Shown: positions 1-9,773 of the stretch, one piece after another
How the letters are laid out: each line of letters starts with the position of its first letter
Numbering within the stretch: position 1 is the stretch's first letter
Source: Azolla caroliniana
Lineage: Eukaryota; Plantae; Polypodiophyta
Direction: 5' to 3'
Assembly: GCA_043228905.1 (NCBI GenBank)
Contig: JBHGNT010000577.1
Location: 1 to 20,185, forward strand
Length of the DNA: 20,185 bases
Position numbers and translations under genes: made by a program
The notes under the pieces: model-generated
Database searches by the model: none
Told to the model about the DNA's origin: nothing
The model's input: only the letters and a program-made list of their open reading frames with translations

Positions 1-191
1 AAGCCAAATTCCAGGGCTCAGGGCACCAGAGGCAGTTGCAACACCACCACCACGACCATCGACCGAGGATACACAACAACCTGCAGATTCAGATGACGAA
101 GACGAGGAGAGCCAACAACACGAACCTTCCCTGTTTGATAATTTGCAGGACGACGCTAAAGATGAATTACACAAGGACCTTCCTTCCGACC

Positions 192-335
192 AGCTGGCAT
201 AGAATCTTGTGCTCCTTTGATGTAGCTCCAATGGCCTTGGCCAACAAGGTATTGGTGCATCTTATACTCCCAAGATGCAAAGTGGTTTCCATCCAACTTC
301 TCGCTAGCGAGAGCGCTCCACATTTGAGTATTCAT
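192..335 (-). pseudogene. gag: Element A gag N-terminal fragment (MNTQMWSALASEKLDGNHFASWEYKMHQYLVGQGHWSYIKGA)
   Basis: Copia gag N-terminal motif (KLD..NF..W..KM..YL...G.W). Matches ORF 14622-14903; similarity stops near 190. Confidence 0.85.
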
Positions 336-478
336 TGTCAATGAAGATTTCCTTTTTCTTTTCCTTCTCTCTGGAACATGAGCTATGTAATCGCACTACG
401 ATAGCGATGAGTCGGTTCTTCTTGAACGTCGACGTAGAGCACAACACACGCGGATGGGCTAGATCGACCTACCAAACT

Positions 479-490
479 GCTCTGATACCA
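479..490 (-). other. Primer binding site (tRNA-iMet) of element A
   Basis: Minus strand reads TGGTATCAGAGC, directly after the LTR end at 491. Confidence 0.95.
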
Positions 491-861
491 TGTAAAGAAT
501 TGGATATGATTCTTGTGCAGCGAAAGAAATGTGTGTTATGTGTATGTGTGAGAGGAAAGAGAGGAGAGACGAGAAAACACAAGATAAATAGATGAAAATA
601 CAAATGAAGTACACAAGAAGAAGTTGTATATTGACAAGGAGAATAGCAAATACAAAATGTAGCATTACAAGGAATCACAACCGATACTATATGAAGTAGG
701 AGGACGGTGCTTTATATAATAAGGTCACCCTCTCTCTTCATTAACTCACTACAATGTCCACTCTCCCACGAGAATCTTGAGGATTGTGAAGACTCATTAG
801 TCCTGGGGAATATGGAACTCATTAGTTATGTGTCATAGAATATGATTCTTTGACACATAGT
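491..861 (-). repeat. Element A 5' LTR, inner part (TATA-like TATATAAA at 711-718 on minus)
   Basis: Plus strand starts tgtaaagaat, as does the G LTR at 15063. Shared blocks include gtcaccctctctcttcattaact and agttatgtgtcatagaatatgattct. Confidence 0.9.
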
Positions 862-2230
862 CATAGGTTCGTATCTCATCGACCCGATCCTTACCGATCG
901 ACTCAGAGTTCATTATCTTCTTCTCCAACTCCCAGTCGGCAAGGGTCTTGTCCTCCATGAAGATAATATCTCGACTCCGGAAAACCTTCTTGTCGACCGG
1001 ATCCCACACTCGGTAGCCGAACTCATCATCGCCGTATCCGAGGAATATGCAAGGCCGGGACTTTGGATCCAACTTTGCTCTCCGGTCCTTTGCAACATGC
1101 ACGTAAGCGAGACACCTGAAAACCTCCAGATGCCGGTAAGACACATCCTTACCGGTCCACACTCTCTGCAGCGTGTCTCCATCCAAGGGCACTGAGGGTG
1201 ATCTATTTATCATGTACGTGGCCGTCACCAGCGACTCAGCCCAAAACGTCTTGGGTAACTTTGCATGTGTCAGCATACTTCGGACCCTCTCCATTATGGT
1301 CCAGTTCATCCTCTCGGCCAGTCTGTTTAGCTCTGGCGTCTTCGGCACGGTAAATTCGAGTCAGATTCCCTTCGAGCGGCACCCCCGGTATTCTCCTCCA
1401 TTATCTGCTCGAACCGCCTTCAGCTTCCGACCAGTTTCTATTTCCACTCTCGCGTGGAGCTCCTTGAAGATAGATAACACCTGATCCTTCGTCTTCAGTA
1501 GTGTGGCCCATAGCTTCCAGGTGTGGCCCAGAGCTTCCAGCTATGGTCATCTATGAACATCACGAAGTACTCCGCTCCGGCATGTGACTTCGTGTCCACT
1601 TGACACACATCGGTATGCACCAACTCCAGTGGTGCATTACATCTCATCGGTGGCCTTGAGCGGAAGGAGGTTCGGTTTTGCTTACCGGCCAGGCAGTCGG
1701 TGCACTTCTCAAAATGCACGTCTTTCACCGGAATGAGGTTGTCATCGGCAAGCCTCTTCAACCCCTTCTCGCTCATGTGACACAGTCTCTTGTGCCACAT
1801 CTCACCGGTAGTGTCGGAAGCAACGTTCACTTCTTCCGGGCATATCCAGGCATTCATCAAGTACAGTGTGTTGATTTTCCAGGCCCGAGCCACTATCAGG
1901 CTCCCTTTGGTGAATTTCATGACACCGTTCCGGATGCTACCCGTGTAGCTTTCATCATCTAGCCGACCGGCTGATATTAGGTTCAGTCGAACCTCCAGAA
2001 CGTGTCAGACATCCTTCAGCAACAACTTGCATCCCGTTGATGTCGTCAACCAAACGTCTCCTATGCCGACAATTCAGCATGTACCTTCATTCCCCATCCG
2101 GACACAGCCGTACTCACCGGCTGTGTAGGATGAGAAGCATTTCCGGTCCGGGGTCAAGTGGAAAGTCGCTCCGGAATCGACAACCCATGTTGTCTCGTCG
2201 CTAGCAAGGTTCAATCACTCTCCTTGGTGA
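862..2230 (-). pseudogene. pol: Element B protease + integrase (frameshifted, truncated)
   Basis: WVVDSGATFH (~2158-2189); WHKRLCHMSEKG...C..C zinc-binding region; LELVHTDVC...FIDD; LAERMNWTIMERVRSML; RAKLDPKSRPCIFLGYG (GKGY region). Confidence 0.93.
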
Positions 2231-2266
2231 TGAGCATTAACTTTTCTTCACTTGTCGCGATTGTCA

Positions 2267-3099
2267 TCATTCCCTTCCGGTCCGGTCCCCTCTGGTCTTT
2301 ACCGTTTCGGTATGGTGACCGCTTCGAATCGGTACTGTCGGTTCACTTGTCTTTCCGGAAATGCCGACAATTCTTCTGGAAGTGCCCCGACTTGCTACAA
2401 TAGAGGCAAGTGGGCCTCCCCCTTGACTTTGACCGGGTCCCCGACGTTTCCCGGTTCTGGGGACTCCAATCCTTTGTCTTCCGCGTTCCGATTCGGTAAG
2501 GAGCGCTTTGGAGTTGGAGATCACCTCCTTGTCTTTCCGGCGCGCCTCCTCATCTAGCAAGCTTGACTTGACTCTTGCTAGGGATAATTGTTTTCCTTCT
2601 GGCCCGGCGTTGCCCAAAGTGACAACCAACGTCTCAAGCTATCCGGGAGGGAACCGAGCAGGAGCATTGCTAGTACCTCATCATCGAGAGGTATTTCCAA
2701 CGATGTTGCCTGGTGAATCAGCCCCTGGAAGGCATTCATGTGCTCCGCCATGCTGGAGCCATCTTGGTACCGGAGCCACACGAGTTTCCGGAATACCAAA
2801 AACCGATTAACAACATTTTTGTTCTGGGACATAATGTTGATCTTCTCCCAGAGCTCATGAGCCTTACTCTCCTCATTAAAGTTGTTGTACATGCTCATGC
2901 CGATGAAGCACCGTATGTACGTCGTTGTCTTCATGTGCATCACCTCCCATATCGTGGCATCGATCTTGTCCGGTCTCTTGTCCCCGAACTGAACCGGAAA
3001 CCAAAGATCTTTAACCATGAGCATGTCCCTCATCTTCGACTTCCACACTGAGTAGTTGGAGCCGGTGAGCTTGAACATGCCTCCCAACGAATCTTCCAT
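2267..3099 (-). pseudogene. gag: Element B gag (frameshifted) with CCHC zinc knuckle (~2363-2410)
   Basis: ORFs 2578-3099 (MFKLTGSNYSVWKSKMRDML...LLLGSLPDS) and 2267-2629; CLYCSKSGHFQKNC on minus strand. Confidence 0.92.
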
Positions 3100-3115
3100 T
3101 TTTCTATGTCGTTTC

Positions 3116-3127
3116 GCTCTAATAATA
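3116..3127 (-). other. Degenerate tRNA-iMet PBS of element B
   Basis: Minus strand reads TATTATTAGAGC (9/12 match to TGGTATCAGAGC), between the LTR and the gag ATG at 3099. Confidence 0.7.
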
Positions 3128-3391
3128 GATTGACAAGAACTATGCGGAATAATCTTCGGACACTACCAAGACTTAGATCACTTCAATGATAATCAAACAC
3201 AGAAAGATAAGAAATGGAAGTAGGTTACACAGACAGAAGAGAATGCACAGGATGTTAACGTGGAAAACCCTAAAATGGGAAAAACCACGGGAGTCCCCAA
3301 ACTCCAACTATCACTATGTAGAGAGGAATACAACAGATGAACATAGAGGCCACGACCTCTTCGCCTAGCGGCGGTTACAACAGAGACACAC

Positions 3392-3393
<2 letters not shown>

Positions 3394-3452
<59 letters not shown>
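3394..3452. repeat. (CT)29 microsatellite within LTR B
   Basis: Uninterrupted ct dinucleotide run. Confidence 0.98.
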
Positions 3453-3455
<3 letters not shown>

Positions 3456-3647
3456 CGCTCTGTACAACAGTTACACCAATAACTCTATACAAAAATAATG
3501 ACTACACGCTCTAGTTGCCTTAGGTCATATTTATACTAGTATGACTTTCGGGCTATTTACAAATATAGCCACAATGGGTTAACAGAAACATATTTACATA
3601 TATGTCCCTTCATCCGGTGAGAGGTTCTCACCGTGTCTGCAACATTT

Positions 3648-3731
3648 GGTTCTCATTGGGTCTTCCTTGTTGGGTACTCGTCATCCGGTTCTCACTGGGT
3701 CTTCCTTGCCAGGTACTCATATTCCATCCGG
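3648..3731. repeat. Two imperfect ~38-bp tandem units in the U3 of LTR B
   Basis: ggttctcattgggtcttccttgttgggtactcgtcatcc / ggttctcactgggtcttccttgccaggtactcatattccatcc. Confidence 0.85.
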
Positions 3732-3750
3732 AGGGACTGAAATCTTAACA

Positions 3751-3854
3751 ATAGTTAATGTGTAGAGAGTGGTGTGACTCTTGACCTTTGAGTGTTCATA
3801 GATTCTCAAAGGGTGTGTTCACACACAATGTTAGGTTGAGCTTGACTCTCAACA
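3751..3854 (-). repeat. Element A 5' LTR, outer part
   Basis: gtgactcttgacc...ttgagcttgactctcaaca matches the G LTR end (gtgactcttgacc...ttgagattgattctcaaca). Confidence 0.88.
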
Positions 3855-3988
3855 AGGAATATAGGTCCTCAACGGCCTTTTTCAAATTTCATCCAACTCG
3901 GCACACCCGAATCGAACTCTATTCGATTCGGCCCTTGGCTCTCGATTTCTTCAGTTGATTCGTCCTATTTTGAGCTTGTCTCTCAACA
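3855..3988 (-). repeat. Element F: outer remnant of another LTR (A-like terminus), inserted in E gag and interrupted by A
   Basis: Ends tgagcttgtctctcaaca (17/18 match to A's terminus) exactly where E gag codons resume (aag atg tat). Confidence 0.7.
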
Positions 3989-4115
3989 AAGATGTATGAA
4001 TACCTTGTTGGACAAGCTTATTGGAGCTATATTGAGGGAGCTTACAAAACAGAACACAACCCAACACACGTCGACTACCCAGTTTAGGAGCAGGACGCAA
4101 GCCGTGTGTTGTATT
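3989..4115 (+). pseudogene. gag: Element E gag fragment between the F and C insertions
   Basis: Translates KMYEYLVGQAYWSYIEGAYK...*EQDASRVLY, colinear with G gag. Confidence 0.88.
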
Positions 4116-4445
4116 TGTCGAATATTGGTCTATAATGGTCATATTCACATTGTATCTTGGAGAAACTAGATTTAGGAAAATTCTGTAAATATGTCAAAGG
4201 GTAGTTGCCCTAGCCCAGTTAGTATATAATGGGCTTTGTAACCTAGTTCGTTGTTGTTTCTATTGTGAGAGAGTCGTTGCCTCCATTGTATCTGTAACTA
4301 TTCTGAATAAACCGTTACATTGTGTGCCTCTTTGTCTCTTTTTCTCTCATTCTGTTCTTTGATCTTGCCTTTGACTTGTGTACTCGGTGACCTTCATATC
4401 AAGATGTTGTTGATGTTTCCGCACTGACAGCCTCAGTTCTCAACA
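4116..4445 (+). repeat. Element C 5' LTR
   Basis: About 90% identical to 9444-9773; tgtc...aaca; TATATAA near 4223. Confidence 0.97.
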
Positions 4446-4447
4446 TC

Positions 4448-4459
4448 TGGTATTAGAGC
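4448..4459 (+). other. tRNA-iMet PBS of element C
   Basis: tggtattagagc (11/12 match), 2 nt after the LTR. Confidence 0.92.
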
Positions 4460-4758
4460 TGAGGTTCTTCAACTCGTTGCCAGCCATCATCAGCCTTCAA
4501 CAACATTCTTGCTTCATCTCCCTTCAAGAACTTGAGTTCAATATCTCATCTAGAGTAGAGAAAGAAATCTGAAGATTCACACTCTGCTTCGCTAGATCAC
4601 CCTTAAGGTAAGCCTGTGATTGGAGCCGCTAGGAGTGGAATCTCCATCAACTCAGCCTTCGAGATCGTGTTTTACTAGGCTAGACACAATCTACTTGCTT
4701 GTCGTAATCACTTAAAGCAGAACTTGTCCTAGGAACAACCCCTATCCGCGCTTCATTC

Positions 4759-5286
4759 TATTGGGAATTCGATCCCTCCAGGTGGGATCCGGATGAGATC
4801 CGGAGGAGCCGAAGGAAGGAACCGGACCGGATGCAGCAACCGGATTGGACCGGAAGGTATTTGGATGGATCCGGTGTGAAACGGATCCAGGGACATATCT
4901 GCAAATATGTTTCTGGTGTGCTTGTAAAGGCTATATTTGTAAATATTCTTAAAGTCATATAAGTATAAATATGACTTAGGGCAATCAGGTGGTGGTTGTT
5001 GTTGTTGTTAGTTGTATTATAGTTGTACAAAGAGAGAGAGAGAAGAGAAATCACCGGTTGGCAAAGTTACAGAGCACGAGGTCATTGCCTTTGAGTCTCC
5101 TATTGTACCTCCTTTCTCATATAGTGATGGTTGGAGTCTGTGGGCTCCCGTGGTTTTTCCTTATTAGGTTTTTCCACGTAAACATCTGGTGTTGTCTCTT
5201 CTCTGTAAGTGTACGAACCCCCATTTCTGTTTTATTCTCTCATAAAGTGTTTGAGTCTTGGTTGTGGTCGAGCGTTATTCCGCACA
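4759..5286 (+). mobile_element. Element D: solo LTR of the B/H lineage in C's 5' leader, TSD cattc
   Basis: Homologous to the reverse complement of LTR B (agtataaatatgac, ctcccgtggtttttcc, ttttccacgt, ttattccgca). cattc at 4754-4758 and 5287-5291. Begins TA (decayed TG), ends CA, no PBS follows. Confidence 0.85.
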
Positions 5287-5618
5287 CATTCGACTAGACA
5301 ACATTTGGGAGGACCAGTCGGCTCTGTCCCTCTCATCGTCGTAGCCATACGAAGCAGGATTGACCTGGATAACTGGCATATAATTTGTGACTGGTATTTT
5401 CTTGAAATTGACATTCGAAATCCAATCACCTAATCGGTGCATTCGTGTCCAATTCGGCTAACTCAATCGATTGTAACCACTTCGGACAAAATCCGCCAAC
5501 AAGTTGAAATCGATTCGACTCGTGTTTGAATCCGACTAGAAAAATATCGGGTAAGCTAGTCGGATGCATCCCACCACCGTTTGTTGTCAACTCCGAACAG
5601 TCTAACAAGCCGACACAG

Positions 5619-6283
5619 ATGGCATAAACATCTGGCTCATTACAGATGAGTCTAAGGAAGTTCGACGAATCAAACTTCAACTTCTAGAAGGAGAAGATGC
5701 AAGACTATCTAATAGTCAAGGGTTAGATAGATCAAATCAAAAACGAAATGAGTGGACAAAACTCAACAGAATTGTCCAAGCCACCATTCATATGCACTTG
5801 TCGGAGTTAGTGCACTTCACAGTGCAATCGTGTTAACAACCTTTCAACTATGGAAGACATTGTCGAACACTTATGAGAAGAAGGTTGCCTCCATGAAGAT
5901 ATATCTGATTCGGTGCCTTTACAACCTTCGGATGAAAGATTCCGACTCGGTCCACGCACACCTGAACGAGTACAAAAGCTTAAGCGCCCAGATTTGGCTC
6001 AAGGGATGACAATTCAGGATGAACTAAGAGCAATGTTGCTCATGAGTAGTCTTCCCCCTTTGTGGGAAAATTTCCTCACAACCGTGTGCAATGCTTCTGC
6101 TGCTATTGTGAAGTATTTCGAAGTTACGAGCGCAATATTGACTGAAACAACTCGGAGGAAATCGTTCACAAAATATTCGAAGATGAAGCTTATGTAGTAC
6201 AAGGTTCAACTAACCGATCAAACAGTCAAGGAAGAAGTTCTTACCAACAACCGAACAATCAGCGAAGTTGGAGCAAGTCCCGG
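5619..6283 (+). pseudogene. gag: Element C gag (stops, frameshifts; zinc knuckle absent)
   Basis: KFDESNFNF*KEKMQDYL; LWKTLSNTYEKK...LYNLRMKD...HLNEY; LLMSSLPPLWENF. Confidence 0.88.
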
Positions 6284-6290
6284 GTGGTTC

Positions 6291-9230
6291 ATCACTGTAG
6301 AACTCAATCTCCTAGGTGGTTCTACATTAGTACCTAAGCTCTCAAGACCCTGGATCTCAGGCAAACAATTGGACGAAGACAGCATCCGTACCAGCTTCTC
6401 ATCAGGAGGGTGGACACTCCAAAGGGGGAACCTCCTGCTTCCTCGAGGACCGAAAGTACATTCACGGTACATGTTATATGTCACACTCAGAGAGGGTGAC
6501 TTGTTCCTAGTTGATATTCCTACATCATTATGGCATGGACGACCCGAACACCTTAGCAAGGCCTGCTTCATGCATTTATCCAGAGCCGGATATATCTCCA
6601 AACTCTCTTTCTCCAATCCTCAATTCTACGAGCATTGCTAGTATGGCAAACAAATAGCCGCATCACACCCGACATCAGCACCAAGAGAATTGAGTCAACT
6701 CCATTTGGTCCACTCAGACGTCTGTGGTCCTATGCCACATTAGTCTCTCGGTGGTGCCTTGAACTTCGTCAAATTTACCCTTGACTCGCAAGGTGTGGGC
6801 TTATCCGATCAAAACCAAAGATCGAGTGTTCTCGATTTTTTCCAAATGGCTTGCTATGGTAGAGAACCAGTCCGGTCGAAAGCTAAAAAGACTTAGAACC
6901 GATAATGGAGGAGAATTCAAGTCTGAAGAATTTGTCAGATTTTGCCGACAATGTGGCATTCGACGTGAATGTACGGCACTATATAGTCCAAAGCATAATG
7001 GAACTGCAAAGCGAATGAATCGGACAATTCAAGAAAGGATAGTATCCATGCTCCAACACTCTAGACTATCAGATGGCTTCTGGGCAAAGGCCCTACTTAT
7101 GACAAGACACATAATCAATATGTCATCGAGTAGGCCTCTAGGACGTCGAATATCTCAGGAATTATGGACCGGCAGTAAGTCAAACTATGACAAGCTAAGG
7201 ATTTTCAGATGCAACGCATACACCCTCATATCGAAAGACGACCGCCGCAAACTTGCACCACGGACTAGGAAATGCATTTTCCTCAGTTATGAACCAAACG
7301 GCGAGTTCAGATACTAACTTTGGGACCCCGAGCACAGATAGATCATCCGAAGTTCGGACGTAGTGTTCAATGAGTCGGCTATGCATAAGATGGCCGAAAG
7401 GCTTATTGAAGTCCTAATGGTAGTTTTCCCAGACGTGCCAACCCTTCACAAAGGCCCAGTCCATAACACAAGGTCGGCTTCACGAATAGCTAAATTCTCA
7501 AGCCCCGACTCGGCACAGCCGAATGATTTGGCTTTGGACCATCCGACTCCGACACCCAATGCAACCAGTTCAGTCATACCTCAAAGATCTGAGAGACTAT
7601 CGCAGCCCCTAGAGAGGTACTCTCCTAGAATCTTCTTTACAGATGCCCGCGAACTGACATCATACGAAGAAGCATCGGCATCAGCCAATTCGGCCACATG
7701 GCATTTGGCGATGGAGTCAGAAATGAACTCTATTCGGGAAAATAAGACTTGGTACTTGGTTGATTTACTGAAGAATCAATGTGCTCTTCCATGCAAATGG
7801 GTCTATCGAATCAAAGAGACGTCCAATTCAGCTGCCCCAAAGTACACGACCATGTTAGGAGCGAATGGTTTTCAACAAGAATATGGTGTCGATTTCGACG
7901 AGATCTTTTCACTAGTGGTGAAAAGGACAACCCTTTGATTTATGCTCGGCGTAGTGGCAACCGAAGATCTGGAGCTGATTCAGCTAGGTGTAAAGACGAC
8001 ATTCCTCCATAGTGACCTAGAGGAGGAAATTTATTTATATGGAGCAGCCAAAAGGCTTTGTAGTATCCGGCCAGGAACATCTAGTCTGTCGACGTAAGAA
8101 GAGTCTCTATAGTCTCAATCAAGCACCAAGGCCATGGTACAAGAAGTTTGACGACTTTCCAATCAATTGGCTTCTCTAAGAGCAATGAGGATTCTTGCCT
8201 CTTTGCGAAAACAACTCAAGATGGGTCACCCATCTTCCTCATCTTATATGTGCCTCACATGCTACTATCTGGCAAGCATGCTAGAGAGCTTGCCAATCTT
8301 ATTCGGCAATTGCGGTTGAAGTTTGCAATGAAGAACCTAGGTCCTACTCGAAACATTCTCGGTATGAAGATTAGTCGGCTCCAGAATCAACAACAACTAT
8401 TCTTGTCTCAAGCCGACTACATCTAGTGTGTCTTAGAGCGCTTCAACATGCAATAGGCCAAATTTGTTTCGACCCCACTCCCCATTAACCTTCGGCTATC
8501 TCAACGAGACTACCTAAGATCCGGTCCGGAGGGGGAGATTATGAAGTTAGTATCGTATTCACCGACAGTCGGCTCCTTGATATACGTGATAGTCATGACA
8601 TAGCATGATATTGCTCATGTCGTAGGAGTCGTCAGCAGATTCACGCACAACAAAGGTCGATCGCATTGGAATGCAATTAAGCATGTATTCAGATACCTAG
8701 TGGGCACACAAGACCTTTGCATCCTCTTCGATCCGAACAAAAATTCAGGTGTAGTCAGTTACACAGACTTAGATTTCGTTGGTTGTGTGGACAGCTGAAA
8801 ATCAACAACCGAATACTGCTTCAAATACGGCAATGGAGCAATTTCGTGGAAATCGAAACTTCAGGAGTGCACTGCCACATCAACAACCAAGGCCGAATAT
8901 GTAGCCACGTCCGATGCGACGAAAGAGGTTTTATGGCTCGGTCGGTTGGCACACACATTTCAACAAGTCGACTCTGACTCGGCTCCAATGGTCTACAACA
9001 AAAGTCAAGGTGATGTTGCTCTATCAAAAAATCCGGTTCATAACAACACCTCCAAGTATATCAATGTTCAATATCACTTTGTTCAGGACTGCGTCATTTC
9101 AGGGAAAATTGGTCTCGAGAAAATACCTACAACTAATAATGCCGCAAATGGGATGACTAAGTGCCTTTCGGCGGATCAATTTCGATCCATTCAGCACCAC
9201 ATGAGCATAATGAAGAATGAGTCTGATTGA
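6291..9230 (+). pseudogene. pol: Element C pol (C-terminal PR remnant, IN, RT, RNase H), degenerate
   Basis: LVHSDVCGP; LRTDNGGEF; RMNRTIQE; ALPCKWVYRIK; GVDFDEIFS; LYVPH (decayed YVDD); KNPVHNNTSKYINVQYHFV. Confidence 0.94.
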
Positions 9231-9434
9231 GTCGGACAGTCGGGATGATTTCAAACAATCATCATCGACAGTTCGAGGTTCGGCCTCAGCTCCTCCGACC
9301 CTGGCCCAATTCGGCCTCCTATTTTTCAAAGTTTGCCGACTCGAATAGAAATCTGATTTATTTGACGACCTTGTAAAAAATATGTATTGTCTACTTGCTT
9401 TCTTTATTACAAATTTCCGTTCTATATGCCCATT

Positions 9435-9443
9435 ACAGGGGAG
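9435..9443 (+). other. Polypurine tract of element C
   Basis: acaggggag directly before the 3' LTR. Confidence 0.8.
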
Positions 9444-9773
9444 TGTCAAATACTGGTCTATAATGGTCGTATTCACATTGTATCTTGGACAAACTAGATT
9501 TAGAACAATTTTGTATATATGTCAAAGGGCAGTTGCCCTAGCCCAATTAGTATATAATGGACTTTGTAACCTAGTTCGTTGTTGTTGCTATTGCGAGAGA
9601 ATTGTTACCTCCATTGTATCTATAACTATTCTCAATAAATTGTTACATTGTGTGCCTCTTTGTTTCTCTCTCTCATATACTGTTCTCTGATCTTGCCTTT
9701 GACTTATGTACTTGGTGATCTTCATATCAAGTTGTTGTTGATGTTTCCGTACTGACGGCCTCAGTCCTCAACA
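9444..9773 (+). repeat. Element C 3' LTR
   Basis: Direct repeat of 4116-4445. Confidence 0.97.

Larger units (their letters stand above)
862..3750 (-). mobile_element. Element B: 3'-truncated Ty1/copia (5' LTR, gag, PR, IN; no RT, RH or 3' LTR), flanked by atagt direct repeats
   Basis: LTR, degenerate PBS, gag, CCHC, DSGAT and integrase occur in copia order. atagt at 857-861 and 3751-3755. Confidence 0.9.
3131..3750 (-). repeat. Element B 5' LTR (inner end 3131, or 3141 if aligned to the end of solo LTR D)
   Basis: Ends tgacaaga.../...tcttaaca form an imperfect inverted repeat. TATAAATA on minus at ~3528-3535. Homologous to solo LTR D and to H's LTR. Confidence 0.85.
190..3854 (-). mobile_element. 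Element A: Ty1/copia 5' part (5' LTR split by element B, PBS, leader, truncated gag); same family as G
   Basis: LTR 491-861 plus 3751-3854 aligns end to end with the intact G LTR (15063-15452). PBS at 479-490. Gag N-terminus is closely similar to G gag. Confidence 0.9.
4116..9773 (+). mobile_element. Element C: two-LTR Ty1/copia with TSD gtatt/atatt
   Basis: 330-bp LTR pair with TG...CA ends, PBS, PPT and degenerate gag-pol. Flanks 4111-4115 gtatt and 9774-9778 atatt. Confidence 0.96.

Noticed and set aside
3193-3492. ORF with an ERERER tract
   Set aside because: Translation of the (CT)n microsatellite inside LTR B.
4758-5433. Hydrophobic or poly-N/poly-V ORFs that might suggest an env-like or membrane protein
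   Set aside because: They lie in solo LTR D and the adjacent leader, and derive from GTT/GA microsatellites and T-rich U5 sequence.
9099-9690. ORFs across C's 3' UTR and LTR (125 aa, 102 aa) as accessory genes
   Set aside because: They run through LTR sequence, have no recognisable motif, and are not shown to be conserved.
4759-9773. D as the 5' LTR of the downstream gag-pol
   Set aside because: No PBS follows D, D has its own TSD, and the 3' LTR matches 4116-4445 instead.
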